The translations under genes were made by a program, and so were the position numbers. A model generated the notes under the pieces. It did no database searches. It saw nothing but the letters and a program-made list of their open reading frames with translations, and had not been told where the DNA came from. This document shows positions 49,357 to 62,474 of a DNA stretch of 64,000 nt, in pieces. How positions within the stretch are numbered: the first letter of the stretch is position 1; each line of letters opens with the position of its first letter. Source of the stretch: Ginglymostoma cirratum (Eukaryota); contig JAHRHZ010000250.1 in the NCBI GenBank assembly GCA_024137785.1, positions 726,515-790,514 of the forward strand, given 5' to 3'.

Positions 49357-49398
49357 TGCAATTATGGGTAAGGACTCTTTGTGTCGCTGTCTACCAAT
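49357..49398 (+). promoter_or_regulatory. cPcdh promoter CSE plus CCAAT, paralog 3
   Basis: TGCAA-12 nt-ACTCTTTGTGTCGCT-GTCTA-CCAAT; CGCT at 49385-49388. Confidence 0.85.
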
Positions 49399-49645
49399 GG
49401 GAAAACCAAGAGATCTACCCAGCCTCCTCCTTCAATACGAAACACTGCGCAGAATCAAAGAGCAGGGCAAAGTCTCTCGCACCTAAACCATCTTGCGCTG
49501 AAAGGTCAGTTCGAGATTTCACGTTTATTGTTTTAATGTCGACATTTTTTCATCAGAAAATGTAGTTAATTTCATTGAGAGCGAGATAAGACGAAGCGGT
49601 AGGACGGCATTTTGGCAGATTTACAATTGGGTCTAATCCGGAACA

Positions 49646-52033
49646 ATGGCGAAAAGCCTCAGGCGGCTGTTCTATTTTGTGTTACTGACTTGCGTCTCGG
49701 ATTTAATCTGCGGTCGACTACAATACGTGATTCCCGAAGAAATGGAGCGCGGTGCTTTTGTTGGGAATATCGCGGAAAATTTAGGCCTAAGCATTGAAGA
49801 GATGTCATTTCGCAAATTTCGGCTTGTCTCTGACGACGGAATGCAATTACTGAAGGTGAACATGGAGAATGGTATTTTAGCTGTGAACGAGAGAATTGAC
49901 AGGGAAATTCTCTGCGGACGAAGTGCGACGTGTTCTGTTTCTCTGGACATAGCGGTTGAAAATCCATTGGAAATGTACCATGTCGACGTGGAAATATTGG
50001 ATGTAAATGATAACTCGCCCAGATTTCTGGAATTGAGATACACTTTACAAATATCTGAGTTAGCCGCAGCAGGAGCTCTTTTTCCACTCGAGAGTGCGCA
50101 CGATGCGGATGTGGGTACAAATGCAGTGAATAGTTATGAAATCAGCACAAACAAGCACTTTGGTTTGAAGACTCACACCAGAAGCGATGGGAGCAAGATT
50201 GCAGAGTTGATATTAGAAAACTCCTTAGACCGTGAGCAAGACTCAACGTTTCATCTGACGCTGACGGCCATTGACGGTGGGATTCCTCGAAAATCTGGTA
50301 CTGCAGAAATAGTCATCACTGTGCTGGATGGAAACGATAACGCCCCAGTATTTGCTCAGCGGTTATATAGGGTTAACGTATTGGAGAACGTACCTGAAAG
50401 TACATTGATCATCACATTAAATGCTGTTGATTTAGATCAGGGAGCAAATGGCGAGGTAAAGTACTATTTGACAAATTTGGTTTCCCACAGAGTGAGGGAG
50501 TTGTTCAGTTTAGACTCCGAAACTGGACACATCAGAGTTCAAGGATCACTGGACTACGAAGAAGAGAAGATTTACCAACTTGAAATAAAAGCTGTGGACA
50601 AAGGTATTCCCGCATTGGCTGGACGCGCCGAGGTTCTTGTTGAATTAATTGACGTTAATGATAACGCGCCGGAATTAAAAATAAACTCGCTATCCATTGA
50701 AGTAAGCGAAAATGCTGCACGTGGGACTGCGATAGCTATAATAAGTGCAATGGATCGTGATTCCGGTGAAAATGGACAAGTGCAGTGTCGGTTGCCACCA
50801 AATATCCCATTTAAACTTCAAAAATCTTCGAACAAGCAATACAGTTTAGTGGTCAGCGATACATTGAATAGCGAAATCTCTCCTTTCTATAACATCTCCA
50901 TTTCAGCCTGGGATGCTGGGTCACCCCCTCTTTCAACAAATAAAACTATCCACGTTTCAATTTCGGATATAAATGACAATGCGCCACAATTTACACAGTC
51001 GTTATATAATGTGTTCTTGATGGAAAACAATGCTGCTGGTGCATCAATATTTGCCGTTACCGCTTTAGATCCTGATTTGGGCAAGAATAGCAAGATATCG
51101 TATTTCCTATTGGACAGTTCCATGCATGAAAGTTCTGCGCCTGGTCACTTTAGTGTTAACTCCGAAAGTGGGCGCATTTATGCACTACGTCCTTTTGACT
51201 ATGAAATTCAAAAAAATTTTAAGATCAACGTTCAGGCTCGGGATGATGGAACTCCATCACTCACCAGCACTGCTCTCGTCAATATTATTATTCTGGACCA
51301 AAATGACAATGCCCCAGTCATTTTATCACCTTCAAACGACAACAGTTCGATTGTGATTGCGTCAAATTCGGCACTTCCCGGATCCTTGCTGACCAAAGTA
51401 ATTGCTGCAGACGCAGATTCTGGACAGAATGCACGACTTTCCTACCAGCTCATAGAAGCTACTGATCACAGTATTTTTAGTGTCGAATATACCTCTGGGG
51501 AAATTAGAATAACGCGAAATTTTAGGGAGCAAGATGCTCTCAGACAGACACTTGTAGTTTTGGTCAAGGACAATGGACAGCCGAGTCTCTCGAATACGGT
51601 CTCAATTCTGGTTACAGTCCAAGGTAACGTTGGTGAAAATATTTTCGAACGAAAAAACAAACTTAGAAGTCCAGAATTATTTTCAGATTTAAATTTTCTA
51701 TTGATCATAATTTTAGGATCAACTTCCTGCATATTTCTAATCATAATATTTTTTTTGACCGCTGTGAAATGCCAACAAGATAGGAATATTAGCTGTTGTA
51801 CGTCCAGAATCTGCTGCTACCGACAGAATATTTCAACCGGAGCCTCTCGTAGAAGCGTCGCAAAAGCAAATTTAACTTATCCAGATTCTGTTCAAACTCT
51901 GCCTCTGCGGGGCTCATATGATTACACGGTCTGTCTCTCCCCCGAGACCTCCAAAAGCGATTTTTTGTTTTTAAAACCATGTCACCAGACGTTGCCTGTG
52001 GATGATATTAATATTCGTGACACAGACAGATAA
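49646..52033 (+). CDS. Clustered protocadherin, paralog 3 (795 aa)
   Basis: Intact ORF colinear with paralogs 1 and 2: six EC repeats, TM and YDYTVCLSPETSKSDFLFLKP. Confidence 0.97.
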   Translation: MAKSLRRLFYFVLLTCVSDLICGRLQYVIPEEMERGAFVGNIAENLGLSIEEMSFRKFRLVSDDGMQLLKVNMENGILAVNERIDREILCGRSATCSVSLDIAVENPLEMYHVDVEILDVNDNSPRFLELRYTLQISELAAAGALFPLESAHDADVGTNAVNSYEISTNKHFGLKTHTRSDGSKIAELILENSLDREQDSTFHLTLTAIDGGIPRKSGTAEIVITVLDGNDNAPVFAQRLYRVNVLENVPESTLIITLNAVDLDQGANGEVKYYLTNLVSHRVRELFSLDSETGHIRVQGSLDYEEEKIYQLEIKAVDKGIPALAGRAEVLVELIDVNDNAPELKINSLSIEVSENAARGTAIAIISAMDRDSGENGQVQCRLPPNIPFKLQKSSNKQYSLVVSDTLNSEISPFYNISISAWDAGSPPLSTNKTIHVSISDINDNAPQFTQSLYNVFLMENNAAGASIFAVTALDPDLGKNSKISYFLLDSSMHESSAPGHFSVNSESGRIYALRPFDYEIQKNFKINVQARDDGTPSLTSTALVNIIILDQNDNAPVILSPSNDNSSIVIASNSALPGSLLTKVIAADADSGQNARLSYQLIEATDHSIFSVEYTSGEIRITRNFREQDALRQTLVVLVKDNGQPSLSNTVSILVTVQGNVGENIFERKNKLRSPELFSDLNFLLIIILGSTSCIFLIIIFFLTAVKCQQDRNISCCTSRICCYRQNISTGASRRSVAKANLTYPDSVQTLPLRGSYDYTVCLSPETSKSDFLFLKPCHQTLPVDDINIRDTDR

Positions 52034-53519
52034 TGTAACGAATCAATGCGCAATACAATTAATTTTCAATCTACACACCTACGTGTACCCCCATAAAATG
52101 AAACCCGAGACCTATGTTTCTTCTTGGAATGCTTGCTCTTCCTTTCTAGTAGAGATGGACGCAAACTTTTGAGATGCAGTGTCTGAAATCCGATTTTGTG
52201 ATTGCTGTTAATATTAGAATAGATGCTGAGAGTTAGAGAGAGTTTTAGAGAGTTAATCTGTTCAGTTTAAATATAGAACCCTGTGATAACAAATGTATTG
52301 CTCAAGCGCAGCTCTTCGGTTGAACAGTTTGTTTACTGCCGTTTGATCACTGCTTGTCACGCAATGAATCACATCGCTTGAACAAAACGTCGTCGGTTTA
52401 GAAGTATTCCTGAATAATATAAATTATTCAAATAACTGAGATAATTAACACGAGTTGTTACGTGAAATTCTGTTTAATTTTGTGAAAATTCGAACAAGGA
52501 GCAGAAGTAGCTATTCAACACCGCTTGCCTTTTGCCGGCATTCAATTTCGTCATAGTTGATTTGATTGTAAAATGAAAATTTTATTCCCCGCTCGGCATG
52601 AGAACAGTTCACCACCTTACTTCACGAGAAACTTTCACTTCATTCTTTAAAAAAAGTCAAGGATTCTTCGCCCACGATGTTTTTGGGAGCTTATTATAAA
52701 GACTGAAAATGACTTTAAGAAACAAAACCAAACTAGTCTCTCTTTTAAACAGGAAAATTACTTTTAAATAGTGACTGTTATTTCTTGAAAATCGTAACCG
52801 ACGAAACATCCTCCGCACCTCTACCCTAGCAAGACTGTTTGGAATCTTATATTTTCAATCAAGTCGCCTCCTCTTCTTCCAACTCCAACATATACAAAAT
52901 AGTGTTTTCAAACTTTCATTCTAAGACACTGGTCATTCCTGGTATTAATCCAAGACATCTTTTCCACACTGCATCAATGTATTTGCATCCTTCTTGATAT
53001 AACATGATCAATCCTGTGCATGGACTCCAGATCGATTATATTGTTGTCCGAAATAACAAGCACTACCTTACTACTTCTTGCATTCAATTTTCCTCACTAC
53101 AAATGATAATCTGGAGTAAAGTATACAATCTTGGTACCTTAACTTGAGGAAGAATGTAACACCATGGAAGGAAATGTAGAGAAAATTTACTAGATTAGTT
53201 TCCGAGATGATCAGCTTGCCTTGTGAGGAAAGGTTAAAAGTACAATTAAGTCAGTCACTCCAAGTTTCCACATTGTCAAGCAAATACCAATATTGCAGCT
53301 TTCCGGCATCGACTTGAATCAGGCCACAGCAAATTCTGGCCTTCATATCTTCGGTACAATTCCAGAAATGTTGTTAGGCCCATGTGTCTTCTAAATGCTT
53401 CAACTTAGTTTGACTCTACAATCATATAAACCGAAGGAAACACGAAGTTGAAATTCTTCTCAAATTTCAATCAGCACGTGTGGGTTAATTCTGCTTCACA
53501 ATCCCCATGCCAATGTGTA

Positions 53520-53835
53520 TTTATTATTTATTCACGAGATGTGGTTATGCAAAAATTATTACCAATCCCTAATCGACCATGGAGCAGTTATGAGTAAATC
53601 TGATTGCTGTGGGTCTGGAGTTGCATGTAGGCCAGACCAGGTAAAGATGATAGTTTACTTCCCGAAAATCTGTTCAGCGAAATAGATGCACTTACCCCCC
53701 ACAATCAGCAATGGTTTCAATGTCTTATTAAACTCTTCATTCTAGATTTTTAATTAATTTAAATTCCACCATCTGCCGCGGCATATCAAACATGGATCCC
53801 CAGAACATTTGCTGAGTTTCTGCGCTAATCATCTA
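53520..53835 (-). mobile_element. Deu-type SINE (ortholog of 6955-7250)
   Basis: TTGCTGTGGGTCTGGAGTTGCATGTAGGCCAGACCAGGTAAAGATG is the reverse complement of the Deu core. Confidence 0.7.
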
Positions 53836-56800
53836 GTGAGTGGCCTTGAGTCAATCTCAAATTTTGCGACGATTAAAATACATAGGAAGTCAAAGTATGA
53901 TCAGCTGTGATTTTATTATATGGTGGAACAAGATTGAGAGAATCCACTTGCAAATTTGTATGCTTGTTAATACGTTCATAAGTACTGCAATAAAACCTTA
54001 TTGAGTGATAAAGTCTTAAGAGTGAGCACCAGGATGCCAAGTACAACAACTAACGTAGCAATTGTTTGAATTCGCATGAAATTCTGAACAACATAAAGTA
54101 TTTCAAATCACTTCACGGAGACTTTAAACTAAAACAACAAAAGTAATTAACGCCACCATCCAGCCCCAGTAGGAGACTGTACTTTAGGCATCTCTAAGCT
54201 TTCTGAAAATAATTGTTTTAATATGTGTGATAAAGGGGAAATCAAGTCATAGAAGCTGAGAGTTTTGGGGAGACCATTCCAGAGGTTAGATCCAAGACGA
54301 GAAAAAAACATGGGCTTCAATTTTGGAAATACTAAAAATGGGAATTTTCAAGTGACTGGATTGATACGAAAAGTTAAAAGACTGGAGGAGATTACTGAGG
54401 TTGGGAGAAGCCAATCCACTCAGGTAATCGCAAACAAATTGAGAACTTGTACATCAAAAAGTCAGATGATAAATGTCAGATTAGTCCAGCAGAAATGGGT
54501 GTCATTGGTGAAAAGGACTTTGTATGACTTAGGACATAGGCAGGTCAGATGTGCAGGACCTTATGTTTATAATGGGTATAATGTGGAATATTAGCCGGGC
54601 AACGTCATAATGGTCAGGTCTAGAAGTATGAATTGCATTGAGGAGTATCTCAGAAGTAGAGGTGTGGATACTTACAGGCTTACGGATGTGCTAACAGCTA
54701 GCATTAGAAGTGTCTTCAATGTGTGATTGGCAATTCTTGTAATTGTCAATTATATCACGATGTGTTAAACTGTCTGAACAGTTATGACAGGATTGAAAGT
54801 CAACGACTTCTGCCTTCCAATATAAAATTAAAGGAAGTTTCAGGATATCCAAAACTGGACGTTCAATGAGTAGTCTGACAATTTAAAGACTGAAGAAGTA
54901 TCATGGCCAATGATGAAAGTGGAAAATGGTTGTCGAGTGTGGTCTGCAGACATAAACAGAATTATGCCAAGGCGGGTAGTTGGGGATAATAAAGCAAACA
55001 AAGTGGGAATAGCTAAAGCAGTAATTTGTGACAAAGATTGGACGATGAGAAGTGAACCAGATAAGTGCATATTCAAACTACTGTAGAACCTTAGAAGGAC
55101 AATGGAAGAGGAATATTTGATCCATTCTGGGATAATATGCATACTAGTGAAGGTGAAATGAACAGAAAATTGACACTTACCAATGCCATGTTGAAAATGA
55201 TCTTACACTTGATAAGAAAACCTTTGACCTTGTGACAGGCGTGGAAATTTACTTTTACAATCATGGGTTCAAAGAAAACTGGACACGTATTCCGGAGGAC
55301 TCGACACTTTGATGCATTTGCAGAAATTAAAGTTGTTTGCAGATGATAGCAGGGATGGAGACTTGGATATGGTGGCATTAATTAGCAAAGAAGGCTTTGC
55401 CAAAGTTGTTTGTTTGGGGATCTCTTGATAATGTAAACTTTGAAGGATACAGAGTGAAAATCATTGCGATTAAATGTCATAAATATTATGGCAGTATTGA
55501 TCATGTAGGACAAGTTTGGTAGGAAGTGAAAACATATCCTAATGAAATGCCTGAGAACACAATGCAATGAATTTTGTTTTGTAATGTTACAACTTTTAAA
55601 TACATGATGTCCCGTTGGTATAATTAAAGAATATTGGGACATGGCAGCATTTAAATGTTGGACTGAAGAGCAGCAGCAGGTGATTTGGCCTTTCAGCTGC
55701 TCTTCCATTGGTTAATTCCATCACTCACGCAATTGTAATCTCAAATTTATTTTGCTGTTTTCGTGTAATAATCTTTGCCTCCCGTGTATATGAGAAATCT
55801 AACGAACTCAAACTTGAAGAAATTCAATGACTCAACATGCGTTGTTTTCTGTGGGTGAGCTTTCCAGACATTAATGACCTTCTGAGAGAAAATAAATCAC
55901 TTCATCAATTTTAAAAGCAGACATCTTATCCTTTAACTGTGTTACATAGATGTAGAATTTCCTGCGAGGGAAAGCACCCTGTCAAGTTTTACCCTGTCTA
56001 CTCCCAAGTACAGATTACATGTTTCTTTTTTTTTGTTCTCATTATTTTATGTGATTATATCTTATATTCCTAATCTTTTGTGGTTGAAGTCCCAATGTTC
56101 TCAATCTGTATTCATAATGACTATGAGTTGGGCAAATGTTCTCTGAACAGTTTCTAACGCACGTATACCCTTTTTGAAATACGGACACAGAAATTGTATG
56201 CAATTGTTCAGATGTTGTCTCACCAGTTCACATGTACATATATCATACTCCTAAAGAGCAAGAGCCACCCGTCGATTTCTCTATCATTCAATAAGACCAA
56301 CGGGAGCTGATTGCCTCCATTTCCTCCAGTTCCCATTAATCTTGCAACTTCTTGCTTATAAATAATTGCTCCACTTCTGCAATAAAATGCTCATCGGCTC
56401 TGCTTCTGTCACATTTTGAGGAATAGAATGTTAAAAATGCATAAGCTTCTGTGAGAAAAGAAAAGATCTGACTTTAATGGGCGACTATTTAATTTTGAAC
56501 TATTTACCATAGTCTAGTTTATCCCATAAGAAGAAACATCCCGTCTATATGTGCCCTTTTCAGAGGCATCGTCAACTTTTGCTTCAATCAAGTCACCTGC
56601 TACTTTATGGAACTCCAATGCTTACAAACCTAAACCGTCAAATGTTCCCTGTGAAGCAGTGAGTCTGTCCTACGTGTTAATCCAGTAAATATCTTTGAAA
56701 TGTTTCCAAGAAACTTGCATCCTTCTATAAAATAAAGATGATGCTTTACACAGTAATCCAGATGTGTCCCTTTAACCTATCTGCTTTTGTATTGAATCCC

Positions 56801-59167
56801 TCACAATAAATGATGGCACCATGTTAGCCTTCATAATTACTTGCTATACCTGCACTTTAAAATTTTGAGAAGAACCCTCTACTCCTCACACCTCTGCAGT
56901 ATCTCAATATTTAGATGAAACACTTCTTTTATTCATTTTAACTGTTGAAATATAAAATGTCACGTGTTCTCGCAGAAGAACCAATTGACAAATATTTGTA
57001 TGCTTACCTAACCTATGCCTATTCCTTTGTACATTTATGTCCGCTCCATAAATTACGTTGCTGCAGAGCTTTGCATCATCAGCCAATTTAGCAACCATGC
57101 CTCCAATCTCTTAATTCTTGTTATTTATGCAAATTGCAAAACCCTGAAACACCAGCACAATCCCGTTGGTACACCACTTAACTCACCTTGCATTACATTC
57201 AAAAAAGATTTATTTCTTTGTTTGCTCAGCAACCTTTTATCCATGCCAATGTGTTAGCCCCTGCACCATGAGCTTTAACTTTCTACAATAAGATATACTG
57301 TGGAACCTGATCAAATAACTTTTGAAAAAAAAGATCCAGTTGTTCCCATCATAGATTCAAGAATAGCTTCTCCTGAGCTATTTTCAAAAATTTGAACTGA
57401 CCTCTCAATGTTAATTCTGGTCTCCCTCCCTGCACCTTCTCTGGCTGTAACACTGAACCCTGCACGCTATCCTGCTACCTTAATGCATTTTGTGTAGTCC
57501 AATCTGCTTTTATATCATGCAAAATAACACTTTTCTCGATATTGAAATCAATCAATCAATTAACCCCCTCTATCCACACTACATATTACTTCTTAAGAGA
57601 CATCTAATAACCTATTTTACTGCGATTTCTCTTTTTAAGTAATAGACATTTACATATATTTCCGGGATACTTTTATTGTTTTCAAACTGAACTTTCCAAG
57701 TATGTTATAACATATAAAAGCTATTATAAACTTCTCTACGACAGACGTTGACCAGCTGATATATAGTTTGGCGCTTTGCACATATTTTCCAATGTAACTG
57801 AACCTGAGCGTGGGCAATTTGTAAAAATTAAAACCAAGAAGTTATCCCCAGAAACAATTGTTTATGAGCCTATTAAATGAACCATAGCTTGAATGGTGTT
57901 AAAGATCATGTCTGACCGAAGTAAGAAGTCCCTGCTTTTATTTCTGCTCCCCTCATAGCAATCATTTTTTTTTTATTCTGTGAACCACTTGCTGTACTTC
58001 AAAGCTAGTTAAATCTTATACTTTCACTCCACCACCTATATCCCTCTGTCACTTCAAGTTCAGTACTTCTCAACTTAAATTGTACGCTGATTCTCGATTG
58101 TCCGTGTAAAGCTAATGTTTTCATGTTATCATTCATTATATTCATTTTGCTAATTATTTGCGGATTCGCTTTATTTTTCTATGTCCTCTTGCAGACTTTG
58201 CACATTATCTTGTCAACAGGCATTCTCACTTTTCTCAGTGTCATCGGCAAATTTACCGATATTCATTCAATATAAAAATCCAAATGTTTGTTATTGATTG
58301 TAAGTATTGTGTAGAGCTGGATAATTTGAAAGAAAAAAAAACACTCTTTACCCTTATTCTCTGCTTCATGCTTGCAGACCAATTCTTTATCGATTTTATT
58401 ACTCGCTTAAGTCTTGCCTGGTGAACTTTTTAACGATTCTGTTGCATCGCTATTTTCCAATCAGCTGTGACCCTTAAAGAATTGGAGGAATTTCCGTGCA
58501 TTACAGCCATGTAGAAGGCTTGTAACTCACATTGTTACCATTATTTTAACCTGGATTGCGTTTAAAGAGACATAGATTGATACAGGTCATTCCTGTGAAG
58601 TTTCAAAAAGGTTGTCTGCAACCATTCTGTAATAGTGAGCAATATCCCGTATCGCTCAGAGGGCAAGTGCTAAAGGATCCCGATGGTGTTTATCGAAAGC
58701 TATTTAGAGATTTTAGTTTATGATAGGGTGATGTTAACATAGGAAGGCTGCTCGTTTTTTTTCTGTTCAATTCAGAAGAGCCAAGGATTGAGTTTCAAAG
58801 AAGATTTTTCAGCGTGGAAATCAGCAGAGCTGAGTTCAGAGGCAAGTTTTGGTTTCCTTTCGCACTTCACAGTAGTTGAAGAAAACCAGTTGCCAGAACA
58901 GAAATGTTTATTTTTTCATTGTTCCAGGTAAGGTGAGTTTACACAGAAATTGGAAATTATTGGATATGGAAAAATTTAAGCCATCAGAATTATGAATCCT
59001 TCAGGTCAGCATACTCGAAAAAGAATTAATAACTGATGCATACCTGAAGTAATTTTGTTACCAAAACAGTTGAGATGGTTTATATTTCCCTAAATTTAAA
59101 TGTGTCTCATGGATGATGTCGAAAATCAGGTTGGAATGCTGTTTTGATGTTTCTGTTCATACCTTTA

Positions 59168-60105
59168 CAACTCCAAGTTTGCAGGAGATACCAAGTTGTG
59201 TGGGTGGGTGAACTGTGAAAAGGATGCAGAGATCCTTCAACATGATCTCGACAGGTTGGGTGAGTGGGAAAGTCAATGGCAGATGCAGTATAATTTGGAT
59301 AAATGTGACGTTACTAACTTCAGAAGCAAAAATATGAAGGCGGATTACGAGCTGAATGGCTGTAAATTGGGAAAGAGCAGTGTGCAGCAGGACATGGGCG
59401 TCCTTGTGCACCAATCGCTGAAGACGAGCATGCAGGTGCAGCAGGCGGTAAAAGGTCAGAAGGTATGTTGGCATTCATTGTGAGAGGTTTCGAGTGCAGG
59501 ATCAGTGATGTGTTGTTGCACTACTCCAGGTTCTTGGTGAGACCACAACTGGCATATTGTGTACGATTTTAGTATCCATTTCTGAGGAAGGACGTTCTTG
59601 CTCTCGAGGGAGTGCAGTGAAGGTTCACCAGGCTGATTTCAGGAATGGTGATTCTGATATATGAGGAGAGATTGACTAGTTTGGGTATGTTTCCACTAGA
59701 GTTTAGACGAATGAGGGGGGATCTCATTGAGACTGAGAAATTCTAACAGGACTGAACAAGGTAGATGCAGGAAGGCTGTTCCCGAAGGTGGGTGTGCCCA
59801 GAACCAGAGGTCTCAGTATGAGGATTTGGAGTAGAAGATTTAGGGCGGAGATCAGGGACATTTCTTCACCCAAAGAATGATGAGCCTGTGGAATTCATTA
59901 TCACAGGAAGTAGCTGATGCCAAAATACTGGACGTACTGAAGAGGCAACTAGATAAGGTACTTGGGGCGAATGGCATCAAAGGTTATGGGGCGAAATCAG
60001 GATTAGGCTACTGAGTTGGATGATCAACCATTATGCTGAAGAATAGCGGAGAAAGCTCGAAGGGCCGAATGGCCTCCTCCTGATCCAATCTTCTATGTTT
60101 CCATA
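59168..60105 (+). mobile_element. 5'-truncated CR1 LINE, specific to unit 3
   Basis: SKFAGDTKL, LQHDLDRLGEW..WQMQYNLDKCDV (ORF 59196-59483), LVRPQL.YC, and the 3' UTR GCTCGAAGGGCCGAATGGCCTCCTCCTG..TTCTATGTTTC. It interrupts sequence that is continuous at about 10290 and 32130. Confidence 0.9.
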
Positions 60106-60812
60106 TTTATAAGTAATATACCATATATATTTATTATTTGATGCACTATTAGTTGAGTGCAATAAACTTATTTTCTCTTGTTAAATATCTTCAGACTTGT
60201 TTGACCATGTTTCATTGAGTAACCGTTGTATTAATTATACAAGCAAAATATGTAACAAGCCAGATTTGACTCTACAATATGACTATTCAGTAATGCCAGC
60301 CATTGAAATCAAAGCTGGATCAATTGGTCTTCTATTTTGCCTCGTGAAACTACAACTAAATGCTTATCAAACTTTCGAAGAAGCTTTAAATAGCTGGAGC
60401 TAAACGATCCCAAGTCAGATCAGATCAAATCTCTGCAATGCTGTCAAATCCAGTCATTATTAACGGTGGACAATTAAGAAACTGAGGAGCAGAACACACT
60501 CATGAAGCCCAGAATACAGGTCGAAATGACAAGGCTGAAATATTTGCAATTACCTTCAGCAAGAAGTAAATGAAGTGATTAACCCATCTTGTCCTCTTCC
60601 AAACGAGTTGAGATCTTTTGTTCTAGCTCTTGCCGTGCTAAGTGCCATGTTTTCCATGACAGCTACAGTTACCTGCCATCTCTCTGACAATGTGAAAAAT
60701 TGGCAAAGTCTACTTCTTAAAGAGCGGAAAAAAAAAACATTCAGCAGGCTCATTCTCTCGCAGTAACTTTCGGTCACAAATGAACAGATGCATGTTATCC
60801 TCAGTAAGCTGT

Positions 60813-61570
60813 TCAAGATGGCGGCAGACAAACAGTTACGGAGAAGGGAGGGCTAAATGAAAGAAATTCCCTGATATTCACTTTATAAATTACAAGTAGC
60901 AATTTATTTTTTTAACCCTAACAGTGAACAAATTAACAGAAACAATAACAAACCAAGTAATTCCCCCCCAACTATTCACTAACAAGCCCCACATGTATAA
61001 CCAGAATAACAAAATAACAACAAAAAAAAACTTAGTCTCGCAAAGTCTGCTGCAGCAGAGGCAGATGCAGGGAATCCAGTTCCAGAGTAGAGGCTGGGGC
61101 AGGGAAGCAGGCCTGGAACAGCGACTGATGCAGGGAAATGAGTCTCGAAGCAGAGGCTGGTGCAGGGAACGAGTTCCAAAGGAAACTTACCCTGGAGCAG
61201 CCAAGAGTTAGTGCGGAGCAAATTGGAGCTTGGAGCAGAGCAGAGTTGTTTGTTGGGCTAGGGTCTGCCGTGAATGTTCAGTCCACGTGTGGAAGCTCCT
61301 GCAATTTAATGTTCATTTCTAATTTGTTTATCCGACTGTAATGTCCATCCTTTTCACTATATCATATTCTAACTTATACTATGAATTGCTGCAAAGTGAT
61401 GCAACTATTCTCTTTTATTCCTGTTTGTAGATAAGATTTGTGCCTAAGTTCTTTGTACCTATGATCGAGTCCTAAGATGCGACATTGTAAAACATTTTAC
61501 TGTACTCATGTACTTCTGTACTTGAATAGATGTGATGATAAAGGATATTCTATTCTGTTCTATTCTATCC
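60813..61570 (+). mobile_element. Unclassified non-autonomous retroelement with (TTCTA)n tail
   Basis: Starts CAAGATGGCGGC, has four repeats of about 30 bp (61056-61180) and ends TATTCTATTCTGTTCTATTCTAT. Absent from units 1 and 2. Confidence 0.55.
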
Positions 61571-62474
61571 AGCAGTTCTACTGTGTTTCCTTTCAAGTAA
61601 TCATTGCATACTTAAAGAGAATAGGAATCAGCGAAAACTCTGCACTTTTCGACTTCACTTGGAGGATTGTGTGCAGTTGTGGCACTACATATTGAGGTAG
61701 GAGTTGTTCATGCTCATAAAAGGAAGAAGAAGGAGGGCAAATATTTGAATAGATACTTACTTATCGTGTATCTAGAATGAAATGCATCGTCTGGAATGTG
61801 GCAAAGGCAATTTCATTTGAGGTATTCAAGGACGCATTGGAAAGCTATTTGGATATAGTTAATGTGCAATGATATAGGAGGCAGTGATGGAAAGCCGGAA
61901 ATTATCATTAGGTATTGATGCTTGTTTGAACAGCCAGTGCAGACACAATGGGCAAAACAGACATCATCTGTGCACTTACAATTGTGATTTTCTGAATCCG
62001 TGTTGTTGTCATACTTAACGCAAAGGAAACTCGTAAAGGTTGTTTTTATGACAATAGTTTTGGCCTAAATTTGAGCTGCATTGGTTCAGAAGTATAGTAT
62101 TCTCGCACCGAGCAGTTTCCACTGCTGCATGGTCTTGTCAGAAATGGATGGGTATATTTATGAATGTGTTGTGATCTTTATGATTCCTAATCCTCAAGTA
62201 GTGAAGTGCTCCGTGTATATATGCACAGTCTCGTCTGCATTGAGCCGACGACTGCTAAGTTACATGTATTATTCTTGGCACGCAATTGCCAGTTAAAGCC
62301 TCTACAGCAAGAGGAAAGGTAATGATCTGCCTTGGTGTTAAAGCGACCATTGATAAATCCTCCAGCAGTAAAAGCATGATAATTTTGATGCTAGTTTAAC
62401 TCAGTTGCTTAAATGGCTGTTTTGCTAATGCAGCGTAATTCGAACACCATAGGTGTGTTAAAAAGAAAAGAAAA

